This document shows positions 9,325 to 18,525 of a DNA stretch of 32,000 bases, piece after piece. Every line of letters begins with the position of its first letter. Positions within the stretch are counted from its first letter, which is position 1. Below the pieces are notes generated by a model. It was not told the origin of the DNA. It did no database searches and saw nothing but the letters and a program-made list of their open reading frames with translations. The translations under genes were made by a program, and so were the position numbers. This stretch comes from Hafnia phage yong3, in sequence record OM868075.1, one strand, 5' to 3'.

Positions 9325-12300
9325 ATGCCACCGGCAATTATTGGCGCAGTTATCGCAGTAGGTGCGGCTGGTGCAGCCGCGGCGAGCTTTATAACTATTA
9401 CTACCGCGCTTGTCATTGGGGCGGTAGCGACTGCTGCTGGAGCCTTGCTAACAAAGAAGCCCAGCGTTGACTTTAGCGCATACAAAAACCAACAAGAACG
9501 TAAACAGGTTCTTCGTGCTTCTGCATCCGCAAAGGTTGTAGTATACGGGAAGATCATGGGTTCAGGCTTGCTTGCGTTTGCGGAGGAGGAAGCTGGATCA
9601 CAGGACGATAAAGAAAAGATCAATCTTGTACTGGTATTAGCCGGACACCCTTTGAACGACATTGGGGATATTTACCTCGGGGATGATCTGATAACTAGCT
9701 ATATGGAACATGTTAGTTATGAATGGATTAATGATCCCACAACGGTAAACCAATATTTACTGAAAAACTGCCCTTCATGGAAGTCCGATATGATTGGCAA
9801 AGGGTTGTCGTACCTTCGCATAACATTGAAGTTCAATCAGGAAAAGTTCCCGTCTGGGTTGCCTAACATTCGTGTTGTCAAATACGGTTGGAAGGTGTAT
9901 GACCCGCGCACAGGTAAGACGCAGTATAGTAACAATGCCGCATTAGTTATCTTGCACTACTACCGTCATTATTTGAAACGTGCAGACAGCGAAATTAACT
10001 GGGAGCAGTTCAAGGTCGCTGCAAACATTTCAGATGAGCTTGTAAGCGTCGGCACCAATGGCGAGAAGGAACCACGCTACACTATTAACGGTGAGTTTGA
10101 TATCGATGAGCCTAGCTCTAAGATTTTAGATGCTATGTTTGAAGCTTGTGGCGGGGAACCCACATTTGAAGGCGGCAAGCATGGGATGCTAGTTGGTGCA
10201 TACTACGGCCCAGCAGACCTTGAAATTGATGAAAGCTTCATTGCAGGTGATATCCGTATTGTGCCAGAAACATCTTACAAGGAGCGAATCAACACCATTA
10301 CAGGAACATTTATTGATCCTAAGCAGATGTATTCTGAAGTAGACTACCCGCAAGTAACCGTTAAAGAATGGGTAACTGAGGATGGAATTGAAATTAAGCA
10401 GGATAGCAGCTACCGCTTTGTGACTAGCGAATTCCAGTCCCAGCGCTTAGCGAATATATTACTGCGTCGTAAGCGTGTTGGACGCACAATCGAGCTACCT
10501 TTAAACATGAAGGGGTTCCGTGTACGCCCAGGCCGTTACGTGAAGCTTACTATTAAATCTTTAGGCATTAAAAAGGTTGAGTTTCGTGTAACTAAATGGT
10601 CTTTCGATCCTAAGTCTGGTATTAACGTTACACTACGTCAGGACTCAGTCTCACTGTGGGATGATGCAATCGGTAAACCTGTTGAGCGTCCGGATCTGAC
10701 AGATTTGCCCACAGGTGGTATAGCTGCTCCGCAAAACTTGCGCGTAGTAAGTGAACCAGTTGGCGAAGTCGTTCAGGCGTTACTGCAATGGACTAACATG
10801 GGGACGTTTGTTGCGAACACTGTGGTTGTGCGTAGAGGTGGCAACATTGTATACACCATTGAAGTTCCTGCCCCAGCGCAGCTAGCACGCTTGCAAGGGC
10901 TTCCCTTTGGGGATTACACCGCTACTGTAATAGCGAAGGCTGCTAACGGTGCTGTGTCCCCTGCTTCGGGTATTGCGTTCACTATTGCGGCTCCACCTGT
11001 ACCAATTGGTGCAGAAATTACAACTAACAACAACTCAATCACTATCATTCCTAAGTATTCGACAGCTAATGCTTATGGAACTATGTGTGAGTTTTGGATG
11101 TCCAATTTGCCTGTATCGATTGCAGAAGTGGAAAAGAAAGCAACGTTCAAAGGTGTTGCTGGACAGTTCACAATTGATGGTCTGCGTCACGGTACGACAT
11201 ATCATTTCTATGTACGTACTATTAACGCTTATGGTAAATCTGCGTTCATTCATTTTGAAGCTAAAACTACTGCAAGCGTTACAGATATATTGGCGTTGTT
11301 GGACAATGCTATTACCGATCAGCAATTAGTCAAGGACTTGCGCGATAAGATTGATAGCATGTTAACCGATGTAGAAGTTGGTGCTATTGTTGATGAAAAG
11401 ACCGAAACTATTATTAAGGATCAAGAAGCGTTAGCTAAAAAGATTACGCAGGTTGAAGCTAAAGCAGACGGTAATACCTCAGCAGTTCAAACAGTTGCAA
11501 GCGCACAAGCTGGGCTAGATAAGGAAGTTCGTTCAAGCTGGTACACCAAAGCACAGATTAACGGTGTAGGTGGCGGGTTCGGTCTTAGCGTAGTTCTGCA
11601 ACCGGATGGAAGCGTTATATCGCAATTCGTTGTTGACGCCGATATCTTTGCAATACTTGCAAAAGGTGGCGGTAAGATTAACCCATTTGTGGTTAAGAAT
11701 GGTGTAGTATATATGAACAAAGCAATGATGGATAATGCTGAAATTGGTGCTGTTATTGCTAAATACATCGATGTTAAAGTTCTGAACGCTGCGACCATTA
11801 ACAGCTCAACCATCAATGGTGGAACCATTAGCGCGGCTCGTATTATTAGTAGCGGGAACCCTCCTACATTTGAATTAACAACGGATGGACGCCTTACTGC
11901 GCGTAGTGCTAACATAAGCGGCACTATTAACGCAACATCCGGTGAGTTCCGTGGTGACGTATATGCTAACAATGGATGGTTTAAAGGTACTGTTTATGCA
12001 GATAAGGTTGAAGGGGATATTACAAAGACCTACGTTCTAAGTATTGGGTCTACATTAACCATACCTGCTATTAGTCAATTTTCTAGATACGTTAGCATTC
12101 CAAATATAAGTGTCTCTGCGGCGGAGAATGAATCCATAACTATATGGGTACTTGTAGACGGGAACAAAGTTATAGATATTACGGCGGGTGGGGTGTATGC
12201 TGCCCCCAAATCCGCGGGATGGGCGGGGCCTCTCCCGGCTGGAAGGTCGATGACAATTGAATATAGAAAGCCCATAGGCGGTGAAAAAGGATACTATATC

Positions 12301-12333
12301 CCAAACCCTCCAGTCTTTGTTTTCAAACAGTAA
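9325..12333 (+). CDS. Tail tip / host-specificity (J-like) protein with fibronectin III-like region
   Basis: 1002 aa; N-terminal Gly/Ala hydrophobic region, 'LAGHPLNDIGDIYLGDD', 'KQMYSEVDYPQVTVKEWV' and fn3-like 'PPVPIGAEITTNNNSITIIPKYSTANAYG'. Confidence 0.75.
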   Translation: MPPAIIGAVIAVGAAGAAAASFITITTALVIGAVATAAGALLTKKPSVDFSAYKNQQERKQVLRASASAKVVVYGKIMGSGLLAFAEEEAGSQDDKEKINLVLVLAGHPLNDIGDIYLGDDLITSYMEHVSYEWINDPTTVNQYLLKNCPSWKSDMIGKGLSYLRITLKFNQEKFPSGLPNIRVVKYGWKVYDPRTGKTQYSNNAALVILHYYRHYLKRADSEINWEQFKVAANISDELVSVGTNGEKEPRYTINGEFDIDEPSSKILDAMFEACGGEPTFEGGKHGMLVGAYYGPADLEIDESFIAGDIRIVPETSYKERINTITGTFIDPKQMYSEVDYPQVTVKEWVTEDGIEIKQDSSYRFVTSEFQSQRLANILLRRKRVGRTIELPLNMKGFRVRPGRYVKLTIKSLGIKKVEFRVTKWSFDPKSGINVTLRQDSVSLWDDAIGKPVERPDLTDLPTGGIAAPQNLRVVSEPVGEVVQALLQWTNMGTFVANTVVVRRGGNIVYTIEVPAPAQLARLQGLPFGDYTATVIAKAANGAVSPASGIAFTIAAPPVPIGAEITTNNNSITIIPKYSTANAYGTMCEFWMSNLPVSIAEVEKKATFKGVAGQFTIDGLRHGTTYHFYVRTINAYGKSAFIHFEAKTTASVTDILALLDNAITDQQLVKDLRDKIDSMLTDVEVGAIVDEKTETIIKDQEALAKKITQVEAKADGNTSAVQTVASAQAGLDKEVRSSWYTKAQINGVGGGFGLSVVLQPDGSVISQFVVDADIFAILAKGGGKINPFVVKNGVVYMNKAMMDNAEIGAVIAKYIDVKVLNAATINSSTINGGTISAARIISSGNPPTFELTTDGRLTARSANISGTINATSGEFRGDVYANNGWFKGTVYADKVEGDITKTYVLSIGSTLTIPAISQFSRYVSIPNISVSAAENESITIWVLVDGNKVIDITAGGVYAAPKSAGWAGPLPAGRSMTIEYRKPIGGEKGYYIPNPPVFVFKQ

Positions 12334-12338
12334 TAAGG

Positions 12339-12360
12339 GCGCCCTTCGGGGCGCTATTTT
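12339..12360 (+). terminator. Rho-independent terminator, GCGCCC-TTCG-GGGCGC then TATTTT
   Basis: Perfect 6-bp GC stem (12339-12344 / 12349-12354) with UUCG tetraloop and T-rich tail, directly after the tip gene. Confidence 0.85.
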
Positions 12361-12372
12361 TAAGGAGTAAAT

Positions 12373-14592
12373 ATGCCAACTCGTCTTTCCGGTGTCTTAG
12401 TAGATGCTGTTAATAAACCTTTAGCGAATACGGATGTCGTGCTGCTAGCGCGGGGTAATACTATTACTGTATTAGCTGGTACAGAAGCAATCTTTAAAAC
12501 TGATAATAACGGTTCATATAACGTAGTAGTTAATGCTGGTTATTATGATGTATGGATTCAAGCCCCCGCTGTAATAGGCAATATGGAACCTTATCAGCTG
12601 GGGTCTATTGCTATTTATGCTGATAGTCCGGGCGGGTCGCTTAACTCATATCTGGTAGACTTTAAACCAGAAGATACCACGCCCGAATCGATTACTGTGG
12701 TTAAAGAACTATTAGCCCATGCTCAATCTGCTGCATCCGGTGCTGCTGCTGCAATGGGTGATGCTAGAGCATACCGAGATGAAGCTAAAGGTTTTAAGGA
12801 TGAGGCTAAAGCTTCTTCTACGGCTGCAAAAACTTCAGAGACCAATAGCAAGACTTCCGAAACCGAAGCTAAGAAAGCACAGCAAGGTGCGAGCGGTTCA
12901 GCTAACACTGCATCCCAAGCCGTGACCACAATACAGGGTTTGAAAGGTGAGATTGAAATAACCTCCTCCCAAACTCTTAGCGCAATGAATCAGCTTAAAA
13001 CGGACACCACAGGGTTAAAGGACGCTGCCGCTGCTAGCGCTAAGACCGCAAGCGATAAAGCTACCATAGCCACCACAGGCGCAAATACAGCTACCGAAAA
13101 AGCAACTGCTGCCGCTGCTAGCGCTGTAACTGCTAAGAACGAAGCAGACCGAGCCGCTATAACTGCTGCCGGATCACTAAAGAAAGACCAAAACTTGTCT
13201 GACCTAAATAATAAGGACACCGCTAGAACAAACATAGGCGTGGATCGCTTAAATCAATATACTGGGGCAACCAGTATATTGTCAGCTAACAAGGTGTACG
13301 AGCTAACCATAAATAACGATGGATCTTGGGGAGTGTGGCGCAGCGGCACAAATGAAAAGGCTGCACTTGATATTAAAGGCGGTGGTACTGGTGCGAATAC
13401 CGTTCAGAGCGCAAGAAACAATCTTGGGTTAGGTGATGGTAATTCACCAACGTTTGCAAACATAAATCTAAAGAACGTAAGTGATACCGCCGCTGCTAGC
13501 GGAATACTCTATACTTCATTGTATTCACAAAGCGGAGAGGAACGGGCGCTATCACGCATATATGCAGAAATAAGGAGCGATAACAAGACCTACCTGACTT
13601 TCCAAATTAGGGGAGGCGATGCAAGTAAATATCTTGGATATAGTCAAGACGGAGATCTGATTGGCGTCAGGGGTATGAAATGTACTTGGGTTAGTGTTGA
13701 CACAACAGGAGAGGGCGCAACATTCACAAACACTGCGGCAAACCAATCAAACTATATTATCGGTAAAGACTATGCAGGAAATAGCATTTGGTATGTTGGC
13801 AAAGGGTCTGGCGGAAACAGCAACGTCCAGCTTAGAAACTATATAAGCAATACATCAATCGGCGTACTCGAGAATGGAAATGTTGAGCTTATAACGAAAG
13901 ATAGCGTAGGAATCACAAATGTTACCTGTAGTGCGATAAATTTCTGGAACGCATCAACTAATAGAAACTGGTTAATGCAGCAACAAGGTAGCCCTACACT
14001 AAATACATATAACAGATTTTGGGGTAACGCTAATAGGGCATGTGTCCTTGAGTGGGGGTTTGCGTCAAATGATTGGGTGGGATATTTCCAAAGAAACACC
14101 AACGCATCTATACTGTTTGCGGTTAATGGTAGCATTTCATGCGTATCACTTACCCAAACTTCTGATCGCGAACTAAAAGACCATGTTAAAGTTATTGATG
14201 ACGCCCTAGATAAGATTGAACGCCTTAATGGATACACGTTTACTTGGAAAGATAGCGGGCTACCCTCTGCTGGTGTAATAGCTCAAGAAGTGATGGAAGT
14301 ATTGCCTGAGGTTATTTCAACTGTAAGAAGTGAAGCTGGTTCTTCTACAATTGATAATGAAGGCAATTCTCCGGATTTTGAAATGGGTAGTGAAGGCGAT
14401 CGTCACTACGCTGTGGAATACAGCGGCCTTGTCGGTTTACTTATAGCTGGGGTCAAAGAGGAAATACATAAACGGAAAGCTGCGGAAGCTGAAATTGATA
14501 AGTTAAACAAACGATTAACCACATTGGAGCAAGCCGTCCAGAAGCTAATGGGCATTGAAACTCTACCAACTGATCCGGACTACCTCCCTTAA
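12373..14592 (+). CDS. Tail fibre/spike protein with C-terminal peptidase S74 intramolecular chaperone domain
   Basis: Phage fibre-like N-terminus, Ala-rich coiled-coil region, 'NLSDLNNKDTARTNIGV' repeat, and C-terminal 'TSDRELKDHVKVIDDALDKIERLNGYTFTWKDSG...AGVIAQEVMEVLPEVI'. Confidence 0.9.
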   Translation: MPTRLSGVLVDAVNKPLANTDVVLLARGNTITVLAGTEAIFKTDNNGSYNVVVNAGYYDVWIQAPAVIGNMEPYQLGSIAIYADSPGGSLNSYLVDFKPEDTTPESITVVKELLAHAQSAASGAAAAMGDARAYRDEAKGFKDEAKASSTAAKTSETNSKTSETEAKKAQQGASGSANTASQAVTTIQGLKGEIEITSSQTLSAMNQLKTDTTGLKDAAAASAKTASDKATIATTGANTATEKATAAAASAVTAKNEADRAAITAAGSLKKDQNLSDLNNKDTARTNIGVDRLNQYTGATSILSANKVYELTINNDGSWGVWRSGTNEKAALDIKGGGTGANTVQSARNNLGLGDGNSPTFANINLKNVSDTAAASGILYTSLYSQSGEERALSRIYAEIRSDNKTYLTFQIRGGDASKYLGYSQDGDLIGVRGMKCTWVSVDTTGEGATFTNTAANQSNYIIGKDYAGNSIWYVGKGSGGNSNVQLRNYISNTSIGVLENGNVELITKDSVGITNVTCSAINFWNASTNRNWLMQQQGSPTLNTYNRFWGNANRACVLEWGFASNDWVGYFQRNTNASILFAVNGSISCVSLTQTSDRELKDHVKVIDDALDKIERLNGYTFTWKDSGLPSAGVIAQEVMEVLPEVISTVRSEAGSSTIDNEGNSPDFEMGSEGDRHYAVEYSGLVGLLIAGVKEEIHKRKAAEAEIDKLNKRLTTLEQAVQKLMGIETLPTDPDYLP

Positions 14593-14602
14593 CCTTCCTA
14601 AT

Positions 14603-14628
14603 GCGCGGTGTAACAACCGCGCTCATTT
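14603..14628 (+). terminator. Putative rho-independent terminator after tail fibre
   Basis: GCGCGGT (14603-14609) / ACCGCGC (14616-14622) stem, 6-nt loop, followed by TCATTTCTT. Confidence 0.6.
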
Positions 14629-14757
14629 CTTAACAACATTGCAACTCTTTACAAACAATTTACAAAACTCCGGAGTGTTATTGAAATGTTGGGGCTATGC
14701 TTATCGCGTAACTTCAAGGTTACATTCGTTTAACAAATAACTCTCCTAGGAGCTTTT

Positions 14758-15456
14758 ATGTCTGATATGACTTTGATTCCTGCCGGCGGTGACGGCCTCG
14801 GTGTTGGTGGAGCTGCGCTTGGTGCCTTTGGTGGTGCTTTGATTGGTTCTTGGTTCGGTAACGGTTGGAACGGTAACGGTGGCGGCTTTGGTCGTGGTGC
14901 TGGTGCTGCTGAAGGTGTGGTAGTTCAGAACTCTCTGGACACTAACGCTATTCTGCAAGCTATCAACTCAGGCACCCTGTCAAACATCCAAGGTCAGAAC
15001 GGCACTAACCTGACTGTGGAACGCTCTGCTGCTTCCACATACAACGGTATCACTCAGCAGAACACTCAAAACCTGTTGGCATCCGTTCAGGGCTTCGCTG
15101 GTCTGAACACCCAGATCCAAGCTGGCACCGCTCAGACACTGGCTGCACTTTGTGCGAACGAAACAGCCGCCTTAACTCGTAGCTTCCAAGCCCAGTTAGC
15201 TGCCGAGAAGTGTTGCTGCGAGACCAACCTGAATATCGAGCGTCAGGGCAACGAAACTCGTGCTCTGCTGCTGGCTCAGGAAGCACAGCGTCAAGCTACT
15301 CTAATCTGTGACCTGAAAGCACAGCTGACAGATGCACGCTTCGCTAACTCCCAGTTAGCTCAGACTGCACAGCTGAACTGTAAGATCAATCAGGTTGAGC
15401 AACTGGTCAACTTCAAGCTGCCAACCCCTCCTACTCCGCCCTCAGGATGCTGCTAA
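14758..15456 (+). CDS. Gly-rich N-terminus, Cys-containing coiled-coil phage protein
   Basis: 232-aa ORF with upstream AGGAG; 'FGGALIGSWFGNGWNGNGGGFGRG', 'EKCCCETN', ends 'TPPTPPSGCC'. Confidence 0.75.
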   Translation: MSDMTLIPAGGDGLGVGGAALGAFGGALIGSWFGNGWNGNGGGFGRGAGAAEGVVVQNSLDTNAILQAINSGTLSNIQGQNGTNLTVERSAASTYNGITQQNTQNLLASVQGFAGLNTQIQAGTAQTLAALCANETAALTRSFQAQLAAEKCCCETNLNIERQGNETRALLLAQEAQRQATLICDLKAQLTDARFANSQLAQTAQLNCKINQVEQLVNFKLPTPPTPPSGCC

Positions 15457-15537
15457 TACGGGAACGGTTGATGTGGTTAAGCCACCTGAACCATCCGTAG
15501 ATACGCAGCCTACCACGGCTAAGAAGTAGGTTTAATG

Positions 15538-15571
15538 AAGCGCCTTTCGCTCCTCCGCTTGGGGCGCTTTT
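15538..15571 (+). terminator. Putative rho-independent terminator
   Basis: AAGCGCC (15538-15544) / GGCGCTT (15563-15569) stem with 18-nt loop, followed by TT. Confidence 0.5.
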
Positions 15572-15587
15572 AAATAGGGGACAGGTT

Positions 15588-15947
15588 ATGCACTACAAAC
15601 CATTTTATGTTATCAAGCGTGATGACGAAGATGATGAGGACGAAGAAGTATCCGTTCATCATCATTACCATCACGGACACCATCCACATATGGCGGGGTA
15701 TCATCATGATAGCTATGCTCGCGAACATGGTTCAATTATGGCCGCTATTGAAGCGCGTATGGAAAACCCTCCTCACACTTGGGCGGCGCACCACGGCAAA
15801 GCTGGCGGTATGATGTCCATCGTTGAGATGGAGTATATGGAACTAATGGATGCGAAGTCCAGCGGTTCTAAACATTCAATCGAGAAAGAACTAGCAGATC
15901 TTGCCGCAGCCTGTATGTGTGCGCTCAAGAAAATGAAAGACATGTAA
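15588..15947 (+). CDS. His-rich hypothetical protein, putative metal binding
   Basis: 119-aa ORF with upstream GGGGACAGG; 'EDDEDEEVSVHHHYHHGHHPHMAGYHHDSYAREHG'. Confidence 0.65.
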   Translation: MHYKPFYVIKRDDEDDEDEEVSVHHHYHHGHHPHMAGYHHDSYAREHGSIMAAIEARMENPPHTWAAHHGKAGGMMSIVEMEYMELMDAKSSGSKHSIEKELADLAAACMCALKKMKDM

Positions 15948-15963
15948 ATCATAGGAAACCGAC

Positions 15964-16524
15964 ATGCAAAACTTAGCAGGTGTAACTCAGTTCAACGGTA
16001 TGAAGCCTCGTACACAGATCAATATGGGCGGTATTGACTGGTCGTTACGTCGGGACGCTACCGATGCCTCCATGGTCTTCCCACATGACAAGGTTAACTG
16101 GCTTAATGCTGGTTGTGAACCTATGGCAGATGGGCGGGTTCACTATTGTTGGATTATGGGTATAATCGCTCCAACGCCCGGAACGATTGAACGTCCTGTT
16201 AATGTGATGTATGTTGGTTTCCATCCTAACAAGATCACGATTGCACCTAATGCGATTAGCATTGGTGACTTAGACCGTATGCACGTTTACACAAGTGACG
16301 GTTCTGATTTTGCTGGGTCTTTCGTTCGCAAGTTCTTAGGGTCTGAACCTGAGCCTGTTGCAGCCCGTGAGCAGATTAGCCCATGGCCTCCGATGCTCGA
16401 TCAGGAAGTGTTGAACCCTCGTCCTGAAACTAAAGTAGCGCCAGCGCCAGCTGCACCACAAGCGCCTACACCTGCTTCAGGCTCCCGTAAACCCGAAGAA
16501 AAGGGGAACGTAGATGACGAGTAA
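15964..16524 (+). CDS. Hypothetical phage protein with Pro/Ala-rich C-terminus
   Basis: 186-aa ORF, close spacing to the neighbouring gene, overlaps the start of the next ORF. Confidence 0.65.
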   Translation: MQNLAGVTQFNGMKPRTQINMGGIDWSLRRDATDASMVFPHDKVNWLNAGCEPMADGRVHYCWIMGIIAPTPGTIERPVNVMYVGFHPNKITIAPNAISIGDLDRMHVYTSDGSDFAGSFVRKFLGSEPEPVAAREQISPWPPMLDQEVLNPRPETKVAPAPAAPQAPTPASGSRKPEEKGNVDDE

Positions 16525-16801
16525 TGAAGGCGTTGATAAGGTTGTAGAAAACCTATCGCTCCGCGCTCATATTATCGTGGAGGAAGGGCATTCGCAGATG
16601 GACATCCTGAAGTCAGCTTTTGCGGATTTCAAGGCAATGGGTAACGTTATGGGGCTCATGGCTATCGCTTCAACAGGTAAACTGACAGACGCACAAATTG
16701 AACGTGCTGAGAAGATTGCAGTAAAGGTCATTTCACTGTTAGCGTTACGCGAAGCAGCGAAAGCGCCAAAGGTATCTGAAGATAAAGATATCGTGTTGTA
16801 A
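16514..16801 (+). CDS. Hypothetical phage protein
   Basis: 95-aa ORF in operon context. Confidence 0.6.
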   Translation: MTSNEGVDKVVENLSLRAHIIVEEGHSQMDILKSAFADFKAMGNVMGLMAIASTGKLTDAQIERAEKIAVKVISLLALREAAKAPKVSEDKDIVL

Positions 16802-16810
16802 GGGGGTACT

Positions 16811-17014
16811 ATGTGCGGAACATCTGCATGTTGTTTGGGTAGTCCTGCCACGCAGTTTGGGCTTTTACAGTCTCAGATTGCGAATACTCAGGCGCGGTTT
16901 ATGGTTGTGCAAGCATTCACACCGCCGCCTTTGTTTACCAGTGCAGTCACACCTTTAGCATTCACACCGCCAGCGGGAATAATGCCATTTGGAAGTTCAC
17001 TGTTTTTCTTGTAA
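16811..17014 (+). CDS. Small Pro/hydrophobic-rich hypothetical protein
   Basis: 67-aa ORF with an RBS-like GGGG just upstream, ends right before the terminator. Confidence 0.5.
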   Translation: MCGTSACCLGSPATQFGLLQSQIANTQARFMVVQAFTPPPLFTSAVTPLAFTPPAGIMPFGSSLFFL

Positions 17015-17019
17015 GAATT

Positions 17020-17050
17020 AAAAAGGGCTCAATTAAGAGCCCTTCTTTTT
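17020..17050. terminator. Bidirectional terminator between convergent gene blocks
   Basis: AAGGGCTC (17023-17030) / GAGCCCTT (17037-17044), 6-nt loop, flanked by an A-run on the left and CTTTTT on the right. Confidence 0.85.
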
Positions 17051-17327
17051 AGCGCTTAGACGCGAATGATAACATTGCTAATGTCACTGCCCCAAGCTCA
17101 AATATTGTTGCGTAGGTTAGTTGGTGCTGCAACTTCACAAATCCGTAGTATTTTGTAGGCATTTCGATAATCTGAAAAGCTACCCCGAAACCAGTCGCAA
17201 ACAATGCAACAGCTAGCACACGCAATAATACCCGCGCCATGCCCGTTAAGCCCCGTTCCCGTTTGTCACATGCTATAACCACAATAGCAATCAGCACAAT
17301 CCCGATTAGGGCTAACAGATATTCCAT
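17049..17327 (-). CDS. Small predicted membrane protein
   Basis: 92 aa with about three hydrophobic segments. Confidence 0.6.
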   Translation of the reverse strand: MEYLLALIGIVLIAIVVIACDKRERGLTGMARVLLRVLAVALFATGFGVAFQIIEMPTKYYGFVKLQHQLTYATIFELGAVTLAMLSFASKR

Positions 17328-17338
17328 AATTTGCTCCT

Positions 17339-17650
17339 TTATTTCCTGTCAAAATAATCCATTACTGCACAGATAGCAATCAGCGGCCAAACGCTCATCA
17401 CTACAATGTAGCAGCAAAACTTTGCACCCTTCCAATGATTGTTGAACGGGTATTTACGGTCGCAATACTGCGCGATAAAGAAACCTGCCGCAAAGTACGC
17501 AAGGATAATGAAATAGTTCATAATGTGGTTATCTCCTTTACCTAGGATATAAGCCATTGCCAATGAACCTAGCAAGATTGCACCTGCTACAATTTCTAAG
17601 ATGCGCTTAGAACCAAAACCTATAAAACGTGTCATTGAGTGAACTCCCAA
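17339..17650 (-). CDS. Small predicted membrane protein
   Basis: 103 aa with about three hydrophobic segments. Confidence 0.6.
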   Translation of the reverse strand: MGVHSMTRFIGFGSKRILEIVAGAILLGSLAMAYILGKGDNHIMNYFIILAYFAAGFFIAQYCDRKYPFNNHWKGAKFCCYIVVMSVWPLIAICAVMDYFDRK

Positions 17651-17835
17651 ACGTTGTCGCGGTTGTAACGACCTTTACGTGAATCGAAGCTTGGAACGCG
17701 AAACTCTAACGTTCCTGCTGTGAATAAGTATGCATCTAAACCGTCGAAAGGGCCACCGATTAAACGGTGCTTAGTTTTGCGCCCTTTGCTGCGACGGCAG
17801 CGGCTTAAATAGCTCATAGCAAGTTTGTTTGCCAT
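17632..17835 (-). CDS. Small hypothetical protein
   Basis: 67-aa ORF overlapping the next gene in a minus-strand operon. Confidence 0.55.
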   Translation of the reverse strand: MANKLAMSYLSRCRRSKGRKTKHRLIGGPFDGLDAYLFTAGTLEFRVPSFDSRKGRYNRDNVWEFTQ

Positions 17836-17897
17836 ACCTGTACCTTTGTATGAGTTGGTAAATTAAATGCAGTGTACCCCAGTTTTAGCGCGTAGGA

Positions 17898-18179
17898 TCA
17901 ATCGTATTGTTTGTTAGCCCACTTCTGCAAAAGGTTTAACTCTTTAATGTTATCCTTTTCTTTATAGATAGTATCACAGGCGTCTTTATTACCTACTTCA
18001 CAAGCTAGTTCTGCGCGACCCAAAGCATAGGCTAAGGTCATAGAGCTTTTAAGAATACGGTCACAGGTGTACTGATCACGGTCTTGGGCACAAACATCCT
18101 TAACAATGTCTTCCATAGTCATAGCGCTAGCCATAGAAGATGTAGAGATCAATACTGCTGCGAGTAATAACTTTTTCAT
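17898..18179 (-). CDS. Putative secreted/periplasmic Cys-containing protein
   Basis: 'MKKLLLAAVLISTSSMASA' signal peptide followed by a small domain with four Cys. Confidence 0.65.
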   Translation of the reverse strand: MKKLLLAAVLISTSSMASAMTMEDIVKDVCAQDRDQYTCDRILKSSMTLAYALGRAELACEVGNKDACDTIYKEKDNIKELNLLQKWANKQYD

Positions 18180-18463
18180 TATGCTTGTCCTTTACGGCAA
18201 AGTTTACGTAGGTCTAATTTAGCATCAATGTCGACTTGACTGTCTTGATACCAGTAGATAGGGTATTTCTGATCGCAAGCTTCGCGGATCTTCCATATGT
18301 GGTTAAAATATAATCCGCCAACTAGGGTAGCACACAAGAACCCTCCCCAGATGTAGAACGATAAACGTCTACTTTCTTCGCGCTTACGCTGTTCTTCATG
18401 TAGAAGTCGATTCAACTCTTGTGGGCCGATTTTACCTTTGTTGTAATCGTCGATGATGCTCAT
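18179..18463 (-). CDS. Small single-TM protein with Cys-containing outer domain
   Basis: 'RLSFYIWGGFLCATLVGGLYF' TM; 1-nt overlap with the secreted-protein gene. Confidence 0.6.
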   Translation of the reverse strand: MSIIDDYNKGKIGPQELNRLLHEEQRKREESRRLSFYIWGGFLCATLVGGLYFNHIWKIREACDQKYPIYWYQDSQVDIDAKLDLRKLCRKGQA

Positions 18464-18489
18464 GTGTGCCTCCTGTTCTCTATGTACCT

Positions 18490-18516
18490 ATTAAAGCAGA
18501 CCCACGAAGAGTCTGC
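18490..18516 (-). terminator. Putative terminator downstream of DNA polymerase (minus strand)
   Basis: Minus strand GCAGACTC-TTCGT-GGGTCTGC then TTTAAT (stems 18496-18503 / 18509-18516, one G-T wobble). Confidence 0.55.
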
Positions 18517-18525
18517 AAGTGATAT

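Noticed and set aside
11487-11972. 161-aa minus-strand ORF
   Set aside because: Antisense to the tip protein, with no supporting motif or operon context.
12690-13210. Repeat-like Ala/Lys/Thr codon tract in the tail fibre
   Set aside because: Typical coiled-coil low complexity of fibre proteins, not a DNA repeat array or CRISPR.
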